From contig CM074811.1 of the NCBI GenBank assembly GCA_037447605.1, positions 3,348,001-3,412,000 on the forward strand: 64,000 bases of DNA, given 5' to 3'. Below are positions 36,201 through 49,209 of this stretch, piece after piece. The number at the start of each line of letters is the position of its first letter. Position 1 is the first letter of the stretch. This DNA is from Zygnema circumcarinatum SAG 698-1b. Lineage: Eukaryota; Plantae; Zygnematophyceae. The translations under genes and the position numbers were made by a program. Under the pieces are notes generated by a model. The model ran no database searches. It saw nothing but the letters and a program-made list of their open reading frames with translations, and was not told where the DNA came from.

Positions 36201-39200
36201 GGGACGGGAGGAGGGGGGAGGGGCGGAGGGAGGGAGAGAGGGAGAGAGAGAGAGGGTGGGGACGGGGAGGAGGGGGGGAGGCGGCGAGGGGAGGGAGAGA
36301 GGGAGAGAGAGAGAGAGGGTGAGGGACGGGGAGGAGGGGGGGAGGGGCGAGGGGAGGGAGAGAGGGAGAGAGAGAGAGGGTGGGGGATGGGGATGGGGGG
36401 GGAGGGGCGAGGGAGGGAGAGAGGGAGAGAAAGAGAGGTTGGAGGATGGGAGATGGGAAGGGGCGAGGGGAGGGAGAGAGAGGATGAGAGATAGCATGGG
36501 GATGGGATAGGGGGAAGGGTGGTAGGGAGAGAGGGAGAGAGAGAGAGGGCGGGGAATGGGGAGGAGGGGGGAGGGGCGAGGGAGGGAGAGAGGGAGAGAA
36601 AGAGAGAGGTTGAGGGACGGGGAGGAGGGGGGGAGGGGCGAGGGGAGGGAGAGTGGGAGAGAGAGAGAGGATGGGGGACGGGGAGGAGGGGGGGAGGGGC
36701 GAGGGGAGGGAGAGAGGGAGAGAAAGAGAGAGGTTGAGGGACGGGGAGGAGGGGGGGAGGGGCGAGGGGAGGGAGAGAGGGAGAGAGAGAGAGGATGGGG
36801 GACGGGGAGGAGGGGGGGAGGGGCGAGGGGAGGGAGAGAGGGAGAGAGAGAGAGGGTGGGGGACGGGGAGGAGGGGGGGAGGGGCGAGGGGAGGGAGAGA
36901 GGGAGAGAAAGAGAGAGGTTGAGGGACGGGGAGGAGGGGGGGAGGGGCGAGGGGAGGGAGAGTGGGAGAGAGGGAGAGAGAGAGAGGATGGGGGAGAGGG
37001 AGAGAAAAAGAGAGGTTGAGGGACGGGGAGGAGGGGGGGAGGGGCGAGGGGAGGGAGAGTGGGAGAGAGAGAGAGGATGGGGGATGGGGAGGAGGGGGAG
37101 GGGCGAGGCAGGGAGAGAGGGAGAGAGAGAGAGGGTGGGGGATGGGGAGGAGGGGGGGCGAGGGGAGGGAGAGAGGGAGAGAAAAAGAGAGGTTGAGGGA
37201 CGGGGAGGAGGGGGGGAGGGGCGAGGGGAGGGAGAGTGGGAGAGAGAGAGAGGATGGGGGACGGGGAGGAGGGGGGGAGGGGCGAGGGGATGGAGAGAGG
37301 GAGAGAAAGAGAGAGGTTGAGGGACGGGGAGGAGGGGGGGAGGGGCGAGGGGAGGGAGAGAGGGAGAGAGAGAGAGATGGGGGACGGGGAGGAGGGGGGG
37401 AGGGGCGCGGGGGGGGAGAGAGGGAGAGAGAGAGAGGGTGGGGGGACGGGGAGGAGGGGGGGAGGGGCGAGGGGAGGGAGAGAGGGAGAGAGAGAGAGAG
37501 GGTGAGGGACGGGGAGGAGGGGGGGAGGGGCGAGGGGAGGGAGAGAGGGAGAGAGAGAGAGGGTGGGGGACGGGGAGGAGGGGGGGAGGGGCGAGGGGAG
37601 GGAGAGAGGGAGAGAAAGAGAGAGGTTGAGGGACGGGGAGGAGCGGGGAAGGGGCGAGGGAGGGAGAGAGGGAGTGAGAGACAGGGATGGGGGATGGGGG
37701 AGGAGGGGGAGGGTGGGAAGGGAGGAGAGGAGAGAGAGACAGATGAAAGAGATGCACAGAAGAGGTTAGACAGGGAGAAAGAAAAAGAAGACTAGGATGG
37801 AGGGAGAGAAACAGCAGGGAAGACACACACAAATGAAAAACTGCACAGAAAAGATACAGAAAACCAAGAGGGAGAGAGAGAGGGTGGGATGGCAGGAGGG
37901 AGAGGCTAGCAGGGAGAGCAGAGAGAGAGAGGTTGAGGACGGGGAGGAGGGGGGGAGGGGCGCGGGAAGGGAGAGAGGGAGAGAGAGAGAGGGTGGGGGA
38001 CGGGGAGGAGGGGGGGAGGGGCGAGGGGAGGGAGAGAGGGAGAGAGAGAGAGGATGGGGGACGGGGGAGGAGGGGGGAGGCTGAGGGGAGGAGAGAGGGA
38101 GAGAGAGAGAGGGTGGGGCTGCAGGGTGAGGAGGGAGAGAGGGAGAGAGAGAGGTTGAGGATGGGAGGAGGGGGAGGGCGAGGAGGAGAGTGGGAGAGAG
38201 AGAGGATGGGGGACGGGGAGGAGGGGGGGAGGGGCGAGGGGGAAGGGAGAGAGGGAGAGAGGGAGAGAGGAGTGAGAGGGACGGGGAGGAGGGGGGGAGG
38301 GGCGAGGGGAGGGAGAGAGGGAGAGAAAGAGAGAGGTTGAGGGACGGGGAGGAGGGGGGGAGGGGCGAGGGGAGGGAGAGAGGGAGAGAGAGAGAGGATG
38401 GGGGACGGGGAGGAGGGGGGGAGGGGCGAGGGGAGGCCGAGAGGGAGAGAGAGAGAGGGTGGGGGACGGGGAGGAGGGGAGTAGGGGGGGAGGGGCTAGG
38501 GGAGGCAGAGAGGGAGAGAGAGAGAGGATGGGGGACGGGGAGGAGGGGGGGAGGGCCGAGGGGAGGGAGAGAGGGAGAGAGAGAGAGGGTGGGGGACGGG
38601 GAGGAGGGGGGGGGGGGCGAGGGGAGGGAGAGAGGGAGAGAAAAAGAGAGGTTGAGGGACGGGGAGGAGGGGGGGAGGGGCGAGGGGAGGGAGAGTGGGA
38701 GAGAGAGAGAGGATGGGAACGCGAGGGAGAGGGGCGGGGGTGGGGTGCGGGGTTGGGGAGGGGGAAAGAAAGCGAGAGGGGGAGGGAGGGGGAGGGGGGG
38801 GGGAGGGGCGAGGGGAGGGAGAGAGGGAGAGAGAGAGAGGGTGGGGACGGGGGAGGAGGGGAGAGGGCCAGCAGGGAGAGAGAGGGAGAGAGAGAGAGAG
38901 GGTGAGGGGATGGGGGAGGAGGGGGAGGGGCGAGGGAGGGAGAGAGGGAGAGAGAGAGAGGGGTGGGGGATGGGGGAGGAGGGGGGGAGGGGCGAGGGAG
39001 GGAGGGAGAGGGAGAGAGAGATGGGGACGGGGAGGAGGGGGGAGGGCTAGGGGAGGGAGAGAGGGAGAGAGAGAGAGGGTGGGGGATGGGGGAGGAGGGG
39101 GAGGGCGAGGGAAGGAGAGAGGGAGAGAAAAGAGAGGTTGAGGGACGGGGAGGAGGGGGGGAGGGGCGAGGGGAGGGAGAGTGGGAGAGAGAGAGAGGAT

Positions 39201-42200
39201 GGGGGACGGGGAGGAGGGGGGGAGGGGCGAGGGGATGGAGAGAGGGAGAGAAAGAGAGAGGTTGAGGGACGGGGAGGAGGGGGGGAGGGGCGAGGGGAGG
39301 GAGAGAGGGAGAGAGAGAGAGGATGGGGGACGGGGAGGAGGGGGGGAGGGGCGAGGGGAGGGAGATAGGTAGAGAGAGAGACTGAGCGACAGCGCAGTAT
39401 GCGGGTAAGGGGCGAGGGGAGGGAGAGTCGGAGAGGGAGAGGGGTGAGGGGGGGGGAGGAGGGGGGGGAGGGGCGAGGGAGGGAGAGAGGGAGAGAGAGA
39501 GAGGGTGGGGACGGGGGAGGAAGGGGGGGAGGGGTGGAGGGAGGGAGAGGGAGAGAAAGAGAGAGGTTGAGGGACGGGGAGGAGCGGGGAAGGGGCGAGG
39601 GGAGGGAGAGAGGGAGTGAGAGAGAGGATGGGGGACGGGGAGGAGGGGGGGAGGGGCGCGGGAAGGGAGAGAGGGAGAGAGAGAGAGGGTGGGGGACGGG
39701 GAGGAGGGGGGGAGGGGCGAGGGGAGGGAGAGAGGGAGAGAAAGAGAGAGGTTGAGGGACGGGGAGGAGGGGGGGAGGGGCGAGGGGAGGGAGAGAGGGA
39801 GAGAGAGAGAGGATGGGGGACGGGGAGGAGGGGGGAGGGGCGCGGGAAGGGAGAGAGGGAGAGAGAGAGATGGTGGGGGTTGGGGGACGGGGAGGAGGGG
39901 GGGAGGGGCGAGGGGAGGGAGAGAGGGAGAGAGAGAGAGGATGGGGGACGGGGAGGAGGGGGGGAGGGGCGAGGGGAGGCCGAGAGGGAGAGAGAGAGAG
40001 GGTGGGGGACGGGGAGGAGGGGGGGAGGGGCGAGGGGAGGGAGAGAGGGAGAGAAAGAGAGAGGTTGAGGGACGGGGAGGAGGGGGGGAGGGGCGAGGGG
40101 AGGGAGAGAGGGAGAGAGAGAGAGGATGGGGGACGGAGGAGGGAACCCTTTCCCTTCCTTGTGAGGGAGAGAGAGAGAGGATGGGGGACGGGGGAGGAGG
40201 GGGAGGGCTGAGGGAGGGAGAGAGGGAGAGAGAGAGAGAGAGGGTGGGATGGGGAGGAGGGGGGGGGGGGCGAGGGGAGGGAGAGAGGGAGAGAAAAAGA
40301 GAGGTTGAGGGACGGGGAGGAGGGGGGGAGTGGCGAGGGGAGGGAGAGTGGGAGAGAGAGAGAGGATGGGGGACGGGGAGGAGGGGGGGAGGGGCGAGGG
40401 GATGGAGAGAGGGAGAGAAAGAGAGAGGTTGAGGGACGGGGGAGGAGGGGGAGGGCGAGGTGAGGGCAGAGAGAGAGGGAGAGAGAGATGGGGATGGGGA
40501 GGAGGGGGGAGGGTGAGGGAAGGGGAGAGAGGGAGAGAGAGAGAGAGGTGGGGGATGGGGAGGAGGGAGGGGCGAGGGAGGGAGAGAGGGAGAGAATGAG
40601 GTTGAGGGACGGGGAGGAGGGGGGGAGGGGCGAGGGGAGGGAGTGAGGGAGAGAGAGAGAGGATGGGGGACGGGGAGGAGGGGGGGAGGGCCGAGGGGAG
40701 GGAGAGAGGGAGAGAGAGAGAGGGTGGGGGACGGGGAGGAGGGGGAGGGCTGAGGGAGGGAGAGAGGGAGAGAGAGAGTGATGGGGACGGGGAGGAGGGG
40801 GGAGGGGTGAGGGGAGGGAGAGAGGGAGAGAGAGAGAGGATGGGGAACGGGGAGGAGGGGGGGAGGGCCGAGGGGAGGGAGAGAGGGAGAGAGAGAGAGG
40901 GTGGGGGACGGGGGAGGAGGGGGGAGGGGCGAGGGAGGGAGAGGGGGAGAGAGAGAGAGGGGTGGGGGACGGGGGGAGGAGGGGGGAAGGGGCGATGGAG
41001 GGAGAGAGGGAGAGAAAGAGAGAGGTTGAGGGAATGGGGAGGAGGGGGGAGGGTGAGGGAGAGTGGGAGAGAGAGAGAGGATGGGGATGGGGAGGAGGGG
41101 GAGGGGCGAGGGAGGGAGAGAGGGAGAGAGAGAGAGGGTGGGGACGGGGGAGGAGGGGGAGGGGCGAGGGAGGGAGAGAGGGAGAGAATGAGAGAGGTTG
41201 AGGGACGGGGAGGAGGGGGGGAGGGGCGAGGGGAGGGAGAGAGGGAGAGAGAGAGAGGATGGGGGACGGGGAGGAGGGGGGGAGGGGCGAGGGGAGGGAG
41301 AGAGGGAGAGAGAGAGAGGATGGGGGACGGGGAGGAGAGGGCCGAGGGGGGGAGGGCCGAGGGGAGGGAGAGAGGGAGAGAGAGAGAGGGTGGGGGACGG
41401 GGAGGAGGGTGGGGGGGGGCGAGGGGGAGGGAGAGAGCGAGAGAAAAAGATAGAGAGGTTGAGGGACGGGGGAGGAGGGGGGGAGGGGCGAGGGGAGGGA
41501 GAGAGGGAGAGAGAGAGAGGGTGGGGGACGGGGAGGAGGGGGGAAGGGGCGATGGGAGGGAGAGAGGGAGAGAAAGAGAGAGGTTGAGGGACGGGGAGGA
41601 GGGGGGGAGGGGCGAGGGGAGGGAGAGAGGGAGAGATTCACCTAACTAATCATATGTTGTGTGTGGTTGTTCCATGTGCATAGAGTTGCTGATCCGTTCC
41701 GTCACCCAGTAGACGGCATATCTTCGATTCCGACTGATACAGGGTCCTCTTCGAGAAGCGCTCGTTGGATTCTCCGCGCCAAAGCTCTACCAAACGGTAG
41801 ACGAAATTTTGAGTGCGCCGGAAACGAGCATTGAAGACCGGCTCGAGGATGAAGGGTTCACTTTAAAGGTATATATATATATATATGTATAGAGTAGTTT
41901 AAGAAGTAGCAAATGGGTATAAAGCTGAGTTTTTACTCCAAAAAAAACTGAATTTCTTGCGTTTAATTTGAGTGTGGTTCATTTGAATAGGCCATAATAA
42001 AAAGAAGAGTGGGTTGGAACACTATTGTAATCGTCTAATGTTTTTGAATAATGTTTGCTGAGGAATCCGAGTGGCCTTAGTTTGGGAATATTTTGCACCT
42101 ATTGATAGAATTTAACATCGTCTAAAAATGTGGTTTTTTTTCCCGGGTCGTAGATGGTTAACCGGTTTTTCCGACCGTTTTTGGGCGGCATTTTTTTCGA

Positions 42201-43218
42201 CCGGGAGCTCGGAACCACCTCAAGGTGGGCCCCACCTTTTCTTCCTAAAACCCTAAAAACCCTAAACCCGCCCCCCCCCCCCCCTTTTTTTNNNNNNNNN
42301 NCCCCCCCCCCCCCCTTTTTTTTTTTTGCCTTAAAAAAAAAGAAAAAATGAATTTAGCGAGCGAGCGAGCTTTTCGAGTTTTTAGGGCATGGCTTAATTT
42401 CAGTTTTTTCTTTTTTATTTAATGTGATTTTTTTTGTACATTATCGATTCAGGCTTCTCGAATTCGTTCTCAGAATGTTAGCTTTAGGCGCCAACACCTT
42501 GCCAGCTGGCGGCATCGGAGCCATTCCCGAGCAGATCGCCAAATCTCTGCCGTCGGATTCGATCCGACTCAACTCACGAGTGGTCGAGATTGTGCCACGT
42601 GGCGCACAGGGAGCCAAAGCCCTTGTAAAACTCGCCAATGGGAAGACTGTGAAAGCGAAATTTGGAACCATAGTTGCCGTGGAGGGGCCCGAGGGAAAAA
42701 AATTACTTTTTGAGGCCCTCGAAAATTCGCCTTCAAAAGAGGGGCAGCCGAGAAGCACTGTCTGCCTTTATTTTTCTTCAAAGGGAAAAGCCCCAATTGA
42801 GGAGCCAATTTTGCTTTTAAATGGGACCCAAAATGGAATTATTAACAATATGTGCTTTCCGAGCCTCGTTTCTCCCTCCTATGCTCCTCCCGGAGAAACC
42901 CTAATTTCCGTGTCTCTGATTGGCCAGCATTTAGATAAGGAAGATGAGGAGCTGGAGGAGGAGGTTCGGGAGGAGGTTCGGGAGTGGTTCGGAGAGGGAG
43001 AGGTGGAAAAATGGAAGCTTTTGAAAATTTATAGAATTAAATATGCTCAGCCAAATCAGTGCCCCCCCACGAATTTAAAAAGGGAAGTTAAGGTGGGGGA
43101 GGGAATTTTTGTATGTGGAGACCATAGAGAGGGAGCCACTTTTGATGGAGCTTTAGTTTCAGGGAGGAGGGCGGCGGCTGCTCTATTAGAAGAGGCCCAA
43201 AAAGTTGGGGTACAATAG
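30249..43218 (+). CDS. FAD-dependent oxidoreductase (amine oxidase/HemY-like superfamily, At3g09580-like); exons ~30249-30415, ~31214-31305, 41684-41868, 42154-42224, 42453-43218; first three frameshifted as assembled; start exon not located
   Basis: LLLEASDGVGGRVRTD...GFLLDRGFQIFLS; LDYDDLDLR; VADPFRHP; FFRPFLGGIFFDREL; LALGANTLPAGGIGAI; RSTVCLYF; LNGTQNGIINN; YRIKYAQPNQCPP; CGDHREGATFDGALVSGRRAA. Confidence 0.85.
31670..41635. repeat. ~10-kb polypurine minisatellite, ~61-bp unit, inside one intron
   Basis: Consensus approximately GGGGACGGGGAGGAGGGGGGGAGGGGCGAGGGGAGGGAGAGAGGGAGAGAGAGAGAGGATG. Successive 60-column lines shift by only 1-2 nt (e.g. 36601-36960). Confidence 0.92.
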
Positions 43219-43341
43219 GGGTATAAGTGGGGGGGGGGGAGGGGGGGTGTAATTTGTAATTTGAGAAATTGGAGTTTGCTAGGGGTAGTTTCAGCTTGTA
43301 AAAAAACCATAAACTGGTTTGCAACTTTTGGTTTTGGTTTT

Positions 43342-43672
43342 GGTTTGCAAGTTTAGGGTTTTAGCTTAGTTTAGGGTTTAAGGTTTGGAGGTTTCCATGG
43401 AATGGAATGGAGGGGTAATGGAAATGTATGATGGCAAAGTAATCGATATCAGTACTCCGGTTCGTACTTGCTGTAAGTGAAGTAGAGGAGATTGTGATTT
43501 GCGACGTATTTTTTCAGTCAGGTTTGCAAGTCTAGGGTTTAGGGTTTGGAGGTTTCCATGGAATGGAATGGAGGGGTGATGGAAATGGATGATGGCAAAG
43601 CAATCGATATGAGTACTCCGGTTCGTACTTGCTGCAAGTGAAGTAGAGGAGAATACGATTTGCGATGTATTT
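43342..43672. repeat. Two-copy tandem duplication, ~180-bp period
   Basis: GTTTGCAAGT...GGAGGTTTCCATGGAATGGAATGGAGGGG...AGTACTCCGGTTCGTACTTGCTG occurs starting at ~43342 and ~43522. Confidence 0.85.
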
Positions 43673-44198
43673 GATTTTTAGTTAGCTTTGTTCACTAACT
43701 AATGGAGCATCATCACCTTGGAGAACAACAAACAGAAGGGCGAGGTTCGGTACCTCAAACATGAGGACTCCTATCGGACGGTTGACCGCATTTCCGGGCC
43801 ATCCGACGGCTCAGATCGGCTCGGGAACCCAAAACAAATATTTACCTTTTGTTGATAAATTGCAAAGTACCAACCAACTTTCCCAAAACATCAAAACCAA
43901 AAACCACAAACGAAAAACCAGAAACCAGAAACAAAAATATAAGCAACTTCTTCCGTACAAACTACAAACCCAAGTTCTCTAACCGCCCTGACGTCATCAG
44001 TCAAAGTGACCGTACAGTACGTACGATTTCGTACAGTTCCTGCAGGTTTCCTCGCTCGCGCTGGCAGGAAAAGTGTACGGTCGACTGCCCGCCCTAAATA
44101 TCTCCCTCTCTCCTTCTCTCTCTCTCTCCCTCCCTCTCCCTCCGCCTCGTCCCAGAAAGCGCCACGTGGCCGCGCGGCAGGGAGGGCAGCTCTCCGCC

Positions 44199-46743
<2,545 letters not shown>

Positions 46744-47263
46744 AAATCTGCAGAGTGTCAATATGGCGATGTGATGTAATATCGACAGTGCTGAGTGATG
46801 TCGATAAAGTTAGGGTGATGTGTTTTATGTCAAACTCTCTGAAGTCTTCGTCATTCTGGAAGAGAAGTTTGTGGTATACGAGAGGAAGTGCTGTTGATAG
46901 ATTTATAGAGAATTCTTTAGCGATATTTCTTGTTCATTTATTTGCTGAAGATATTTGTAGTCTATTTCTTATATGAAGGTAAATGAGCAGTGTGGTGTTG
47001 CACATACATTGGAAGCACCGCAGGACATGTTTAGAGTGGTTAGGGAGACAATTCTTCTCTCTCGTGATTGCTATTGAGTTAAAGTTAGGGACGTAGATGA
47101 TGAGAGAGAATAAGAGCAACGAGTTTGTCCAACTTCAAGATTGAAATTGGCATTTGCCCCAAAATAAATTGCGAGCATATCAAAATGAGTGGTTCCATTT
47201 CTACGAATGTGACGCATGAACCATCTATTATTAGAACCACATCTATTTTAGATCTCAAAAGGT

Positions 47264-47350
47264 GTGGCATTGAACTCACGATGGCGAGGTCATCAAATGT
47301 ATATGGACAAAAGCAGCATGGAGAACCACGAGGAGGAACTGGTCGCAAAT
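47264..47350 (+). repeat. Short dispersed repeat (also 63392-63477; diverged at 22110-22160 and ~17736-17790)
   Basis: Shared core GTGGCATTGA(A/T)CTCACGATGGCGAGG(T/C)CATCAAATGTA(T/C)ATGGACAAAA. Confidence 0.8.
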
Positions 47351-49209
47351 GACCGACAGAGCGTAAATGTATGCTGTGTGGCCTTGCTTACTTGCGAACT
47401 AAAGTAGAGCGTCGTGCAATGAAAATTCACCCGCGAACAAAACCTGCAAACTGTGATGAGTCGCGATTGGAAGATGCTCGACTACACTTAAATAAAGGAA
47501 AGTTTCATAGAAACAAGCTTCAGTTCGACCTGCCGAAATCAAAAGCACTGAAGAGGACCACAAAATGCTCGTATTCCTTTGGAGGGACTCACAGCATGCG
47601 TATTACTTCAAGGAGGCTCTATTGGAAGTCGTCAGAGGAACCTACCATGGGTGACAGGCAGTCATAGGACAACAAACCGGATACTCCGACACCAAAGCTT
47701 GCACTCATATTTAAAAAAAAAGGCCGAGAACAAGGGGAAAGGGCTCACAGAACAACAATTGGTATTGCCTCGTGTACAGAGATTACATGCTAAAAGCTGC
47801 CCTATTTGCCAATCTGACAAACTGCTGACTGTGCACATGCGAGCAGTTCCCAGCATGCAACGTCCTCTCTTGTCCGACAGAGCTCGGTGCGGCCTGCGGT
47901 GTGATGTGACACATGAATCAATGGAATTAAAAAATGAAAGCACCTGGACGTCCCGCCTGAATTCTGAGGGGGACAAACTCCGATGGAGAGGGAAGGGAGC
48001 TTTTGGTGCTTTACACCTGCACAAGAGAAGAGCCGGCAGTCTGCGAATCAGCACTGAGCAGAGAAGTTGGGGGGGAAGAGAGGGAGGGCGAGAGGGAGAG
48101 AGGGAAATGGGGAGAGGAAGAGAGGGAGATAGGGAGAGGGGGGAGAGAGAGAAACAGGAACGGGAGAGGGAGAAGGAAAAAAAGGAGAGGGAGGGAGAGG
48201 AGAAAAGGGAGAGAGGGAGCGCGGGAGAGGGGTTTTGGAGCGGTGGAGAGGGAGAGGGGCCGAGGGAGAGGAAGAGAGGGAGAGAGAGAGGAGGGAGGGA
48301 GAGACAAGAGAGTGGGGGAGAGAGGGGGAGCGAGAGGGAGGGGAGAGAGGGGGCGAGGGAGCGGGAGAGATAGGTAGAGAGGGAGAGGGAGAGAGGAAGC
48401 GAGAGAGGGAGAGAAAGGGGAAGAGCGAGTTTTCTTGAGAAATAAGGCGAGAGGGAAAGAGGGCGAGAGAGGGAGAGAGGGATGAGAGAGAGGGGAAAGG
48501 GGGAGGAGGGGAGGGGACTTTAGGAGAACACACCTTGAATGATGTTTGTTTCCTACTTGCCGGACTGCTTTTCCATGATTTGTAAACTGCCAAAACTGTG
48601 CTGTGTATAACACACCTCCAACACAAACTCCTCCCATTGTTTTCCTGAAAAAGTTCACCGTTCATATCGAAAAGAAAGTTTTTCCAAAAGGCTCCAAATC
48701 CAAGGCTGGAAAAGTTGTGACTTCTAGGCTCACGTGGAATCGAAACTGTCCCAACGCACCACTAAGGGAAAAGGAAACTCTACAAAGTGAGTCGGATCAC
48801 ATAACGACAAGACTAGAAGGTGGTCGAAGTTCATAAAGACTTGAAGGTACCCTTTTAAAGATGACGATTAGAGAGATGAATTCGTGAGAAAGGGAATCAT
48901 AGACGAGGAGAGACTTCAGCTCAATCACCTCCACTAAAGATCCAAGGAGTTGTGGGCTTTGGGACTATTGCCCAAGAAGCACAACACACGTTCTGAGTGC
49001 CCGAGGAGGGGGGGGGGAAGAGAGACAGAGAGAGAGGGAGAAACAGAGAGTGAGAGAGATGGGAGTGGAGAGGCAAGAACCACTAGCAAGATAAGGGGAA
49101 CGCATAGAGCCCATGCAGATTCTCCTCGTCCTTTGGGGAGGTCGAGTGTTTTAGGAAATTTAGGGTTACAAACCCTAATAACCTAAAGAACAAAAGTAAC
49201 CACATGGGT

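Noticed and set aside
31750-41649. Very long ORFs (1085, 1755, 864 aa) rich in P/S/L or G/E/R, superficially extensin-like
   Set aside because: They are translations of the purine minisatellite, which lacks stops on the C/T strand. All frames are open, and the region is an intron of the oxidoreductase.
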